A stretch of 64,000 nucleotides of DNA from Octopus bimaculoides (taxonomy: Eukaryota): positions 37,085,249 to 37,149,248 of the forward strand of contig NC_068990.1 of NCBI RefSeq assembly GCF_001194135.2, read 5' to 3'. Positions 10,861 through 23,699 of the stretch are shown one piece after another. Position numbers and translations under genes: made by a program. Positions within the stretch are counted from its first letter, which is position 1; each line of letters begins with the position of its first letter. Below the pieces are notes generated by a model, which saw only the letters and a list, made by a program, of their open reading frames with translations, searched no databases and was not told the origin of the DNA.

Positions 10861-11612
10861 ATTTCTGAGGACAGAAAAAAAAGGCTTCGTTTCTTTTTTC
10901 TTTTTTCTTTTTTTTTGTCTTCTAAATGTATTTGGGTTGTGTTTGGTCAGCAATAGCATACTTAACATTTGTGGCATGGCTCGACTACTTGGTTAATATA
11001 TCATGTACCACTTCACAGAATGTTCTCTCTCTCTCTCTCTTTCACTCTCTCTCTCTCTTTGTATATATCCATATATATGTTTCTTCCTTTTATTGTTGGG
11101 ATATACTCTCCCCTTTTTTTTGGTTTATTTTTATCTTCGCTTTCTTTTTTCACTATATATATCTATCCATCTGTCTATCTCTCTCTCTCTCTTTCCTTTC
11201 TGTACAGCCAATGTCCATTCCCAACTGACTGCAATTTTGCTAAATAAATGCCGTTAAAATCACATATTCAATCCAGGAATTATGGTTTGTTAATCTAAGT
11301 GATAGTTTAAAAGTGGATTTATTGCTTACATATTGGTAATTTACTAATCAGTGTTCAATCCTGGACATTGCTTGATTTTTTTTTTTCATTTATATTTTAT
11401 ATTTTACTTCCATTTACTTTTTTTTTGCTCTGGAATTATGGGTAAATTCTTTTTTCTCCTCCCTTTTTATATATTCTGTTTCTCTGAAAATCTGAAACTG
11501 ACCACAGTCATTAAACTAATGCAATATGCATTTATGGACTGTCCCTTGTGAGGTCGAATTTTCTGAGATGATAGAAGGGGAGAAGGGAGAGAGAAATAGA
11601 CAGAGAGAGCGG

Positions 11613-11649
<37 letters not shown>

Positions 11650-12298
11650 CAGCAGCAGAGACAGACACAGAGAGAAAGAGAGGGAGAGAAAAAGAAAGAG
11701 AAATGTTATACATGTGTGTGTAAATATGTCTGTACACACGTAAGCACGCCCACACATACATGCACACAAGCATACAAACATATATATATATATANNNNNN
11801 NNNNNNNNNNNNNNNNNNNNNNNNNNNNNNNATATATATAGGGAGAGAGAGAAGTAGATAGACTGATAGTTTGATAGACACAGAGATAGTGAATTGTAGG
11901 TGAAAACAAACAAAATCAGACTGATTGGCGAAAGGAAGGAGGCAGAGAGACAAAGGGACAAAGCTGGATAGAGATAGAGAGAGGTAAGGTGATAGAGATA
12001 GAAATAGCAAGGCAGAGACACACAGACAGATCGCTAGAGAAAGAAATTCTATGATGGCTGCCAATATAGAATTTTACTGTATCTTTATAGACTTAGTGAA
12101 GTTTCCAAGAATGCAATTAAACATGTAATTAGACAATTTCATGTCCATAATTTCTGCCAGATCTCCCTTGGTGGAACTAAAATATTTACCAAAATCAGGA
12201 AGAATTGTAACTCTCCATATGTTTCAATTCAAAGAACACAGGGATCACAGTTATTCCTGGGAGCCATTAACTTACTACCACTGCTGCTACTACTACTA

Positions 12299-12338
<40 letters not shown>

Positions 12339-12371
12339 CATTGTTGATGCTGCTTTTGCAGATAATAATAC

Positions 12372-12580
12372 TCCTTCTAGTAAAGGCACAAGACCTGAAA
12401 CTTTGGGGGAGGGGACTAGTCGATTACATTGTCTCCAGTATTTGACTAATACTAAATTTATTGACCTCGAAAGAATGTAAAGCAAAGTCAACCTTGGTAG
12501 GATTTGAACTCTGAACGTAAAGACAGATGAGATGCCACTAAGCATTTTTCTCAGCATGCTAACGATTCTGCCAGCTTGTA
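12372..12580 (-). mobile_element. SINE family A
   Basis: Reverse-complement head, B-box and body. Confidence 0.8.
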
Positions 12581-12581
12581 G

Positions 12582-13075
12582 TGGTTTTGGGCAAATCTAG
12601 GGCATTCATTCATGATATGGGCAATGGTTTCATTTACTCTGTTGCTGATACAGGACAGTGGAGACACTTGCCCATTTCTAAAGCTGATCCTCCAGTTTAT
12701 AGCCAAAGCTTGGTCCTGCGCTGTCAGTATAGTGCTCTCGGTCTCTTTTTTTAAGTGTTTCTTTCTTCAGCCAATCCCACCTATTTTTTCCAGCAACTTC
12801 CATTGTGGCTACATGGAATTGATTGTGTAGTCCCTTCTTGTGTAATTCTTCTTCATGTAGCCACAATGGAAGTTGCTGGAAAAAATAGGTGGGATTGGCA
12901 CTTCTTCCTTTGTTTTTCCTTTTTTTTCTCTGCTTCAATACTCCCTCATTTCTAACTGACACTAGCAAGGTTTCCTTACTTTGGGCTAGGTATCTCATTA
13001 AGCTCTTGAGTTTGATATGCCTGCAGTCTTCCACACTTCCCAATCCTCTTCCTCCATTTGCTCTCTTCATGTATA
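12582..13075 (-). mobile_element. R4/Dong-like RLE non-LTR retrotransposon fragment (RT C-terminal region to zinc knuckle)
   Basis: LYMKRANGGRGLGSVEDC...LHNQF...EVAGKNRWDWLKKETLKK...(fs)TILTAQDQALA...ETIAHIMNECP; contains a 46-bp inverted insertion. Confidence 0.85.
12770..12899. repeat. Perfect 46-bp inverted repeat with 38-bp spacer
   Basis: 12770-12815 is the exact reverse complement of 12854-12899. Confidence 0.95.
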
Positions 13076-13110
13076 GGTGATATTATTGTCATTGTTATTA
13101 TTATTATTAC

Positions 13111-13340
13111 GCACATAACAGATTAGACTGTTGGAAAACAAAAATTCCTAATATCGGGCTACAACAAGTAACCTTAGATGCCAAGAACCCTCCTAAGTAT
13201 CTTAGCTGTCCCTAATAACACTGTTTTCTGGAGCTGTACTAAACTGGGTTTTATGCCTATTTCGTCTATTCATCTGCTCAAATCTGTAGGGACAGTTTCC
13301 AGTGTGCCTATAACTACTGGGATACATTTTACATGCACTT
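13111..13340 (-). mobile_element. R4/Dong-like 3' end fragment
   Basis: CIPVVIGTLETVPTDLSR*IDEIGIKPSLVQLQKTVLLGTAKILRRVLGI*, followed on the minus strand by (TAA)n. Confidence 0.85.
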
Positions 13341-13400
13341 TCCATAATAAATGAAATCATCCTCATCACTGCCACTATCATCATCACTATTATCATATGA

Positions 13401-14365
13401 AAACTCCCAGCTAACTTTCCTGGGTATGAAGGAAAGAGTCAGCTGTCCACAGCCAGCAGACTAAGGTGACACTTGTTTATTGGTCAAGCTTCAAGAACTC
13501 TGCAATGAATTCTTGCAGTTCCAAGCAATACTGATTTTTGCAGGTGTTCTACATTTACACTTTATCAATCATTTTGTGCCATGTTGGTAGTTGAGTGCTG
13601 ATACTTCCAAGTGCACCAATTACTATTGGTATCATGTCTACTCTCTTCATTGACCACAACCTTAGTATTTCTCATTTTCAATCGTCATAGTTGTTTATCT
13701 TTTCTTCTTCTTTCATTTTAATCCTGTTGTCACCGGGGCATGCTTTGTTGATTATCATACATGTCCCTTCTTTTTTATTCACCATAACAATGTCCAGTTT
13801 CCAATGTCTGGTGGGATGATTTCACTGGATCATTGCATCCCACAGGATTTTGTAGTTCTCATTTTTGGTGACTTCTTCTGGGGTTTGCTGATATCATGTC
13901 TCTGCTCTTTGTAGGCGACGATTTCCACAAAGTTCCCAATGGATTATTCTTGCTAGATTGTCATGGTGTCTTTTGTATTCACGTTGTGCCAATTTCAAGT
14001 ATTTGCAAACATTGTGCCAAACCATTTCATCCCTCTCACCACACATTCTGCATTTGTCGCCATAAGTAGTGTTGTCAATTCTGCACTTCATATAATTGGT
14101 CCTTAATACTTGCTCCTGAGCTGCGCATATGAGTGTTTTCTGTCTCTCTCTTAAGGTCACTCTTCGTCATCCATAGCCACCAGTCTTCTTACCTGTCTTG
14201 GCATTCACATCTCTTGCAAACCAAACTAACTGTACATTTTCTTTTCCTTCCATTCTTTTTCTTTTTTGTTCATCTCTTGTTTAAATTTTTCTTTAGTTAC
14301 ACAATTTTCGGTGTTGATGACACCAGCCTTCTTCATGTGTTTTAATAGTAACTCCACTGCATTTT
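13401..14365 (-). mobile_element. R4/Dong-like fragment: CCHC knuckle and PD-(D/E)xK restriction-like endonuclease
   Basis: TLICAAQEQVLRTNYMKCRID...KCRMCGERDEMVWHNVC..LAQREYKRHHDNLARIIHWELC...KILWDAMIQ...LDIVMVNKK..CMIINKACPGD..I..KEEEK...LWSMKRVDMIPIVIGALG...LQKSVLLGTARI. Confidence 0.93.
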
Positions 14366-14719
14366 TTTATATACCACCCTAGGCTATTATTATTATTATT
14401 ATTATTATTGTCATTATTATTATTATTATCTTAATTTGTATCTTTATGAAGGTAGAGTCTGAACGAAATCCAAGCATCTTAACAAGACTGTTGATCCATC
14501 AACCAATGATTCAGCTTTATGTGAACCCAGGTACTGAATTGCACATGCATTGATTTAATGCCTGCCACTTCAACTCCTTAGTGTCCTAGACCATCATGGT
14601 GATGGTGCCCATGTATGTTGATACTGCCTTTGTGCATCCCATCCAACTGTAAGAAGGATGCCCCTTACCTCAAACAGCTCAATTTTTGTTCCTGCAATGA
14701 CTTGAGGGCTGAAATCCTC

Positions 14720-14950
14720 ATGATCCTTGTTTTAACATCATCTTTACCATGGTTGCATTCCATGGACAGAATTTATTGAGGCAGATTTTCTACAATCAGA
14801 TGTCCTTCTTGTAACCAACTCACAGCTGTCTCCAAAGAAACTGATATTTCTTCATAGCTAGACATGTCTTTGCTGAATATTGGAAATGAATTACACTGCT
14901 TGTATGACGGTGACACTCATTTACAACTATAATGTGATGTTATGACCAGG
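14720..14950 (-). mobile_element. RTE-type 3'-UTR-derived repeat (family E)
   Basis: Matches copies at ~35705-35960 and ~40185-40445 (gaggcagattttcta..gatgtccttc..gacactgcttgtatgac..acaactat). Confidence 0.65.
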
Positions 14951-14954
14951 AAAT

Positions 14955-14986
14955 ACATGCACACACACACACATACACGCACGCAC

Positions 14987-15019
<33 letters not shown>

Positions 15020-15410
15020 TGAATGACAGATTCTTTTCAGTTTCTTATTTCTTTATTGCCCTCAAGGGGCTAAACAGGGAGGGGACAAACAAGGACAGAC
15101 AAAGGGATTAAGTCGATTACATCGATCCCAGTGCGTAACTTGTACTTAATTCATCGACCCCAAAAGGATGAAAGGCAAAGTCGGCCTCGGCAGAATTTGA
15201 ACTCAGATTGTAGCGGCAGACGAAATACTGCTATGCATTTCGCCCGCCGTATTAACGTTTCTGCCAGCTTACCGCCTTAATCTTTTCAGTTTCTGTCAAC
15301 CAATTAATTAGCAAAAGCTTTAGTTGGTGCAGGACCATAGTGGAAGATATTTGCCCAAAGTGCCACGCAATGGGACTAAACCACAAAACCTGTGGTTGGG
15401 AAGTAAATGC
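14955..15410 (-). mobile_element. SINE family B, interrupted by a family-A SINE
   Basis: B-type body and head on both sides of the nested copy. Confidence 0.7.
15046..15280 (-). mobile_element. Young SINE family A nested in family B, 14-bp TSD
   Basis: TCTTTTCAGTTTCT at 15032-15045 and 15281-15294. Confidence 0.92.
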
Positions 15411-15999
15411 GCAAGTAATTTGATAAGCATGTAGACTAGTTTATAAATCAACTAAAAGGTTACTGGCAAACTAGCTGAGAATCCCTCATCATCACCATCA
15501 TCGTCGTCATCGTCGTCGTCGTCATCATCATCATCATCACCATCGTCATCATCAAAATCATTGTACTTTTGCAACCTGGAGGAATTCATGTAGATTCAAC
15601 TAACCAAAAACAATAGATATAGAATGAAGCTCAGTAAAAAAAAGAAAAAAAATCTATAAACTGGTTATGATGCTGCTGCTGATGATGATGATGATGATGC
15701 TGATGCTGGGGAGGGGGAGGAGGAGGAGGACAGTGGTGATGGTGAGGTTGGTGACAATAGAAATGTTGATGATGATGATAATGACAATGAGAATGACAAA
15801 AGAGGTTGGAGAAATTTGAACAGAATTTCTTAAATTGTCATTGGTCAGCTGAGTATCGTACCAGATTAAATAAAGTACCCTTGACCAAGTGACCAAGACT
15901 TTCGAATTGACCATAAGGATGTCACATTTGGTAACAAACTTCTGTCCACCAGTACTGCATCCCACCCCTTTAGTGTTTGTGTAGTGGATATATATATAT

Positions 16000-16003
16000 A
16001 GGG

Positions 16004-16038
<35 letters not shown>

Positions 16039-16560
16039 GGGGGTGAGAGAGAGAAGGGGTGAGAGAGAAGGTGGTGAGAGAGAAAAAGAGAGAACAGATA
16101 AGTGAGAGGATGAGAAAGGGAAAGAAAGGGAGTGAATGAGTGAGAGAGAGAAGGGGTGAGAGAGAAGGGGGAGAGAGAAGGGGGAGAGAGAAAGAGAGAG
16201 CAAAGAGAGAGATGGGGTGAAAAAAAAGAAAGGGAGAGAAAGCAAGTGAGAGACAAAGAAAGGGAGTGAATGAGTGAGAGAAAAGGAGGGAGAAGAGAGA
16301 GAAAGAGAAGGGGTGAGAGAGAAGGGGGTGAGAAAGAAAAGGGGTTGAGAGAGAAAGGGAGAGAGTGAGAGAGTGTGAAAGAAAGGAATGAGTGATGGAG
16401 AAAGAGAGAGAGAAGGGAGAGTGGGGGTGAAAGAGACAAAGGGAGAGAGAGCAAGTGAGAGAGAAAGAGAGAGAGAAGGAGAGAGAGAAGGAGAGAGAGA
16501 AGGAGAGAGAGAAGGAGAGAGAGAAGGAGAGAGAGAAAGCAAGGTAGATTGATGCCAGAA
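16000..16560. repeat. ~560-bp polypurine (AG/GAGAAGG) tract
   Basis: Almost only A/G on the + strand, ending in tandem GAGAGAGAAG units; source of the Leu/Ser ORFs in 15654-16673. Confidence 0.95.
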
Positions 16561-16624
16561 GAGAAGGAAATAGACAAACAGGGTTTAACTGAAATAACGA
16601 GAGCAATAAGCATTTCTAATTTAG

Positions 16625-16830
16625 ACTTAAGGCCAATAATTTCAAGGGGAGAGGGGTTAGTCATTACTATCAACCCCAGTACTTGACTGGTGTGTTTATT
16701 TTATTGACACCAGAAGGATGAAAGGCAAAGTTGACCTTGTTGGAATTTGAACCCAGAACATAAAGAGGCTGAAACAAATACCACAAAGCATTTTTCCAAT
16801 GCTCTAACAATTCTATCCAGCTCAGCAATA
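16625..16830 (-). mobile_element. Older SINE family A-like copy
   Basis: aaggatgaaaggcaaagttgacc..ggaatttgaaccc. Confidence 0.75.
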
Positions 16831-17786
16831 AAAGATGGATCAAGAAAGACCTGAAAGGAAAGACCTGATTATGTCCCATATAATTAATCAGTGGGATTTC
16901 ATATAACCCTAACCCCTCTGCCTCTACTTTCATCTTTCACACCTTTAAACACCCACCACCACCACTGCCGTCGCCACTACTATCGCCATCACTTCCACCA
17001 TCACCACCACCACCACCATGCATGTTAATATTTCTTTAATTTCTGTTGTCTTGGAGCCAATATTGACCTTTAAGGTCATCTATTGCTACCCTTCCCCACC
17101 TTCAACCGCCAACACTCTCNNNNNNNNNNNNNNNNNNNNNNNNNNNNNNNNNNNNNNNNNNNNNNNNNNNNNNNNNNNNNNNNNNNNNNNNNNNNNNNNN
17201 NNNNNNNNNNNNNNNNNNNNCCCACCCACCCACTCGCCCAATATGATCCCTACCATAGCGTCAGGCCTTAAGCAAGTTTCACTACCCCCTCCTTCCATCA
17301 CCAAATGAACATTCCACATCAGTGATCTAACCAGACATTCCTAATGCACATACACACATACACAGAGGCACAAACATGGACACGCATTCACATGCATGCA
17401 CATACACACACACAATGAAGAGAATTCTTTAAGGTTCTGGCAGGCTTTTTTTTTCCAGTGGAGGGAGTCAAAAGGGATGCGGATGGGGGTGGGCAGTTGG
17501 CATGAGAGTAGAGTGAGGGGGTGGGGGTTAAGGTGTGGCTACTCGGATCTTCTTGCTTCTTATCCATTGCCTCCAATTTCTTCTTTCATTATTTTCAATT
17601 ATTTTCTTTCATTCTTCTTTTTTTTCTTCTCTTCCTCTCTCCTTCCTCCTCCTCCTCCTCCCTACCCTCCTCCTTCTCTCCCCTTTGTCTTTTCCTGCTG
17701 TTCTTTGTTTATTGTTGTTATATCCCTACATACATATACACATATGAATGTGTGTATATGCACACATATGAATGTGTAAAATTCAT

Positions 17787-17819
<33 letters not shown>

Positions 17820-17825
17820 TATATA

Positions 17826-17858
<33 letters not shown>

Positions 17859-17953
17859 AATATATACACACACATGTACAATCCATCTATTTGTCTGTCT
17901 GTCTGTCACTTTCATTTTCTCTACACTCTCATTCTCTCTACATATCAACATAT

Positions 17954-18002
<49 letters not shown>

Positions 18003-18304
18003 TAGAAATATATGTGTATATGTATAGGGTGTATGTTTGCACACACATATATATATATACAGATGTATCCGCTGTGTAATTTCTGTCGCATTACTCCAGC
18101 CAATTTTTGTCCTGACTCATTTCATCCTAAAACACATCCTTATCTCTTACCACTGCCACATGTCACCCTTCCTCCCTTATCACACAATCCTCTTCCTTCA
18201 ACCCCTGCACCCCCACTCAAACATACAACACTTCTGTTCTTCTACCACCACCACCACCACCACCACCGTCAACATCAACATTGCTGTCACTGAGCCAGTG
18301 AGAA

Positions 18305-18500
18305 AACCAATATGCTAGAAATAGCAGCCAAACAACACCCAAATCATACTTTTATTGTCTTAAAATTAAAATGACACATTGGATAATGCTGTACTAAGTT
18401 CCATGAACAAGGGAAAACTATATATTGGTCATGGATAGAATATGTATGATCATAGTTCTGTTTACGCAGAGCCTTGCCTAGGGTTAAACAGTATTAACTA
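18305..18500 (+). mobile_element. Interspersed repeat family H
   Basis: tgctagaaatagcagccaaa...gacacattggataatg...; related copies at ~18735-18930 (+), ~19915-20195 (-), ~23310-23525 (+), ~43940-44100 (-). Confidence 0.65.
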
Positions 18501-18734
18501 TATCACCAGCATACCAATAGCAAACATCATCATTGTAATTAAGCCACCACTCCAACCACCACCACCACCACCACCATGTCTAGACCACAATCATCACTGT
18601 TATTACCACGATCACCACCACCTCTGCCAAACTGCTACAAACACCATTATACCATCATGCGCACCATACCAGCACTACCACCACAACCACCACCACCACT
18701 CACAAGAAGTTACTAAAGTGGACTCTATATAGAC

Positions 18735-18930
18735 AGTCTGCTAGAAATAGTAGTCAAAAATTAAAAAATGTCCCTTAAATCACACTTTGGGGTCTAGAAA
18801 AGAAAGCAAACATTTCAGATAGTGCAGTCCTAGATACTCTTAAACACACAAGAACGTCATGGCTGGATTGCATTTTATTTATATATAGATCTGCTTTGAC
18901 CAATTTGAACCTGGGGCTAAACAACCCATC
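18735..18930 (+). mobile_element. Interspersed repeat family H
   Basis: gtctgctagaaatag...gaacctggggctaaacaac. Confidence 0.65.
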
Positions 18931-19914
18931 CCCCACCACAACAAAACCCACTGTCTTGAATGCCGCCACCACCACCACCACCATTACTATCACCAGTTTT
19001 CATATCTTTTTACCTTAACCATTCTTCATATTTTGGCATGAGAGAGAGAGAGAGAGAGATGGGTGTTGGTGGTGGTGGTACTGGTAGCAGGGGGTTAGTC
19101 TGAGTCATACCACTCACTCACTTACCCATCCTAAACTCTCTTAGCCACCAATTACTCTCTCTTCCTTTCTATAATACTTTTTACTTTCATTTTCAAGTAT
19201 TGCTATCTTACTCTTCTCATCCTTATGAAGTCTAAAAGCTATTTCCCCACCTCCACCACCACCACCACCACTACCATTACCATTCTTTTTATAGTCTTTC
19301 GCTCTTTCTATCACCACCATCCCATCAACTCTCCTATCCATTTCTGTCCCTCTCTTTCATTCACTCCACCTCTCTCATTCTCTCTCTCTCTCTCGCTGTC
19401 TGAGACTTTGACTTTCTAATCTTTGTTCTTTTTATTGTTTTCCTTTTGTCTTGTTTATTGTATCGCTGATTATTTTTCCTCCCTAATATGTGTATATGCA
19501 TATGGGTGTACGCATAAATGAAGGTAAGTATGTAGGCTTATGTGTGTGTGCACATGTGTATGTGTATTCATATACATGCGTCCACATCCACCCATAGATA
19601 TATATATATATATATATATTTATATGTATATATGTATGTATATTCATATATATTTATATAATGTGTGTGTTTATATGTACACACATACATATTGCCCTAT
19701 TGTAACTACTTCTGTTTTCTTCGCCACCACTCATCTTCCATCTATTTATCTAATAGTCCATCTGTCTATCTGTTTGTCTATCTGTCTGTCTGTCTTTCTG
19801 TCTGTGTATCTCACTAAACTTATCTCTCTTTCAATTGATATCTCTGTTCATCTATATGTCCATGTTTTCCGCTTTCTATGTGGTGGTGGTGTCGGTGGTG
19901 GTGGTATTAGTTAT

Positions 19915-20195
19915 ATGGTTTCTGTTATTTTTAGGTGTTGACTGGTTGGTTACATGTTTAGTCCTAGATCAGCACTGAATGAGCTGTCCTAAGATCAAAG
20001 ATATTCCAGCTATAACCATTCCATGTTTCATTCACACATAATATATTTAGGACTATACAATTTAATGTATCGCTTTTTTTTTTTTTGACCGTCTCGTCAT
20101 TTTTATATATCATGGACAACAATGTCTAGACAGCTAAGCATGATTTAGAGGATATTTAGCTGCAATTTCTAGCAAGTTGAATGACCTTGTACAGA
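19915..20195 (-). mobile_element. Interspersed repeat family H
   Basis: Reverse-complement match (gtttagtcctagatcagcactg...atttctagca). Confidence 0.6.
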
Positions 20196-20394
20196 TTCAG
20201 GTTAAATCATTATCATCATCATCGTTTAATGTCCGTTTTCCATGCTGGCATGGGTTGGACAGTTGGACAGATATTTGTTAAGCTTTTGTAAATCACTACT
20301 AAGCACCAGATGAAAATTTTTTCAGAATTAATAACTACAGATTTGAACCTCATTTTGGGGATCAGAAAAGACAGTTTTCAAATTATGTAACTTT

Positions 20395-20740
20395 GGAAGA
20401 GCGATAAGCAGCAATTTTTAAGTTGTAGTGCCCGTGGCATGTGTAAGGACTTTCGAGCGAGATCGTTGCCAGTGCCCCTGAACTGGCTCTTGTGCGGATC
20501 GCACATAAAATACACCATTTTGAGCGTGGCCGTTGCCAGTACCGCCTGAATGGCCTTCGTGCGGGTGACACATAAAAGCACCCACTACACTCTCTGAGTA
20601 GTTGGCGTTAGGAAAGGCATCCAGCTCTAGAAACTCTGCCAGATCAGATTGGAGCCTGGTGTAGCAACCTGGTTCACCAGTCCTCAGTCAAATCGTCCTA
20701 CCCATGCTAGCATGGAAAGCAGACGTTAAATGACAATGAT
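20395..20740 (+). mobile_element. RTE-like LINE 3' end (family D)
   Basis: gttggcgttaggaaaggcatccagct...catgctagcatggaaagcagacgttaaa plus a (GAT)-like tail; CpG-retaining. Confidence 0.8.
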
Positions 20741-21149
20741 GAAAGGAGGAGGAGGNNNNNNNNNNNNNNNNNNNNNNNNNNNNNNNNNNNNNNNNNNNNN
20801 NNNNNNNNNNNNNNNNNNNNNNNNNNNNNNNNNNNNNNNNNNNNNNNNNNNNNNNNNNNNNNNNNAGAGGGAGAGAGAGAGAGAGAGGGAGGGGGAGAGA
20901 GAGAGGGGGAGAGAGAGAGAGAGAGATCATGCAATTGGTCAAGTAAAATGACCACTTACCTTAAATAAAGGGCGACATAACTTCGGTAAGCCAAAGCTGT
21001 AATAGACTATCTAACTTGTAAAGTCTTCAGGCGTCAATGTGAAGTTTATAAAATATCAGTTAAATCATTTTTTAAATGGAACTTGAAGTAAATAAGGCTA
21101 TAAATAATAGCTTTATCTAAAGTGCCACCATTAAAAAAGATTTAAGCAC

Positions 21150-21360
21150 CAGGCGCCAATCTGATCTGGAAGTGTTTCTACAGCTGGATGCCCTTCCTAA
21201 CGCCAACCACTCCAAGAGTGTAGTGGGTACTTTTTACATGCCACTGGCACAGAGGCCAGTGGAGCGGGCATCGACCACGATCGGATGGTGCTTCTTACGT
21301 GCCACCGGCACAGGGGCCAGAGGAGCTGGCATCGACCACATTCAGATGGTGCTTTGTATA
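21150..21360 (-). mobile_element. RTE-like 3' fragment (family D)
   Basis: ctggatgcccttcctaacgccaaccactcc. Confidence 0.8.
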
Positions 21361-21459
21361 TAGTATGTTGATGATGACTGTACCATCACTCTTTATTATC
21401 TAGATAAATATCATCTGGTTAAGTGTGGCACAACAAAACAAAAGGGGGCAATGACAAGT

Positions 21460-21800
21460 GATTAAGGCCTTTGGTGTGATGCTGTACTTGAGAAGACTCA
21501 TTAAGCCAAGTGAAAGTGAAATTGCAATCGTGGCCGTTGCCAGTGTCATGTAAATGGCACCTGTGGAATCGTTGTCATGGCTATTGCTTGTGTCAAATAA
21601 ATGGCACCTGTGCCAGTGGCATGTAAAAAGCATCTATTATACTATTGGAGTAGTTGATTATTAGGATGGGCATTCAGCCATAGAAACCATGCAAAATCAG
21701 ACCAGAACTTGGAGCAGCCCTCCAGCTGTTCCAGTCAAACCGTCTAACCCATGTCAGCATAGAAGGCGAACGTTAAATGATGATGATCATGATGATGATC
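21460..21800 (+). mobile_element. RTE-like ORF end plus 3' UTR
   Basis: AVLEKTH*AK* then family-D UTR and (GAT)n tail. Confidence 0.7.
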
Positions 21801-22842
21801 ATGATGATGATCATGATCATGATCATGATCATGATGGTGGTGGTGGTGGTGGTGGTGGTAGTGATGATGATGGTGATGAAATTCCCTTTCTTAAAAATAA
21901 AGGTTGGTGACTAGAAGAGCAATCGGCCATAAAAATACTGTTTCAGCTAACACCTTATCCACACACATGCTAGCATGGGTGATGTTGATAGAATAAACAA
22001 ATATACAAGACACAACTAACACAAAGAGCAGGGGAGAAATGAAGAGAGCTAGGTCTTATGGATATGTAATGTTAACATGCTTGGAAATTAGAGTCATCAT
22101 CATTTTCGTTGTCATCATCATCATTAATCATTAAGCAATTTTTTGTTTCCTTAAATTGTCCCTATTCAGTGAGGATATTAGCTCTTTTGAACTTGGTGCC
22201 TCTTTTTTAGGGGAATGGAATGGGATGCAGGGATATTAGTCCATCTTAGAACAGGTTACTTCACTGTCAAAGTGGTCAATGTGGTAGTTTGAACCCAGGA
22301 CACACAGAACTAGCATAGGACACCATAAAGCATTACCATTTCATGCTCTGACAATTCAGCTAATTTACTATTTCGTGTGATACTTTATTTTATCGATACT
22401 AAAAGGATGAAAGATGAAGTGGATCTTGGCAAGATTAGAACTCAGTGCATAGCAAACTGGGACAAATACCCATGTAGTATATAACCTGACACCCTAACAA
22501 CTTTACCGATTCATTACCATAATTAGGCAAGCAAGAGGGAGAGCAAGCATGAGAGTGAGAGAAAGAAAAAGGAAGGAAGAGAAGGTGAGTGCTAGAGGTA
22601 GCTAATAATGAAGTAAAGGGGAGACAATTGAGACAGTAAGTTTATGTGATCTGAATGGATAATGGATGTGGGTCCGAAAGTGCTGTTAGCAGAAAGTAAA
22701 AGATAGCTTGTACTGTCAGCAGTGTGGTGAAAAGTACGAGAAATATAGCAGAAAATATAGGTAAAAACTGGTAAAGCTAGATCTTGGAATGCTAGATTTC
22801 ACAGATCACATGTCTAATGAGATAATCAGGTAGTTACATGTT

Positions 22843-23229
22843 TGTGTTGGGACTCTGTCGGTTACGATGACGAGGGTTCCAGTTGATCCAATCAATGGAA
22901 CAGCGTGCTCGTGAAATTAACGTGCAAGTGGCTGAGCACTCCACAGACACGTGTACTCATAACATAGTTCTCGGGGAAGATTCAGCATGACACAGAGCAT
23001 GACAAGGCTGACCCTTTGAAATACTGGTACAACAGAAACAGGAAGAAAGAGTGAGAGAAAGTTGTAGTGAAAAAGTACAGCAGGGTTCGCCACCATACCC
23101 TGCTGGAGTCTTGTGGAGCTTTAGGTGTTTTTGCTCAATAAACACTCACAACACCCGGTCTGGGAATTGAAACTGCGATCCTCCGACCGCGAGTACACTG
23201 CCCTAACCACTAGGCCATTATGTCTCCAC
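22843..23229 (-). mobile_element. tRNA-derived SINE family C, full length, 11-bp TSD
   Basis: AGTTACATGTT at 22832-22842 and 23230-23240; minus-strand A-box TGGCCTAGTGG and B-box-like GTTTCAATTCCC. Confidence 0.92.
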
Positions 23230-23699
23230 AGTTACATGTTAAACAGTATGCATATTGCACTGATAGTAATATGGAAAGGAGAACGCAGAAATGAATCAGT
23301 GAAAGGGTCTCTAAGTGACCACCAATCAGTCTGCTAGAAACAGAAATCATATCTCTCTAAAAATCTCAAGCTATCATTGTCATTAGAGAGGAAATAAACA
23401 TGGGTATAATAGAGATATAAAAGACATGTCTGAAAAACCTTGAAAAAATATGGCCATGTCTGGAAAATCTTTGATCACAGATCTACTCAATATGAGATGA
23501 CCTGGGATTAAAACGAGAATAACTAACATCAGAATGCTTCAGCTGCTGCTGTTGATGATGATGATTATAATGATGATTACGACGACAACGACGGTCATGG
23601 CAATTCTACTGATAAATGTGGTGATGATAATGATGACGACGATGATGATGATGATGGACATGTTAACAGAGAGGATGCAGAGCTACAGATGCTGCTGAC

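Noticed and set aside
10441-10977. YIYI/HTHT/CVCV-rich ORFs here and throughout the window
   Set aside because: Dinucleotide and tetranucleotide microsatellite translations.
15654-16673. Longest gap-free ORFs (339, 246 and 190 aa, minus strand)
   Set aside because: They are translations of the (CT)-rich strand of the polypurine tract and (CAT)n repeats. Stop-free for compositional reasons, with no domain.
16905-16918. Telomeric TAACCC repeats
   Set aside because: Only two units.
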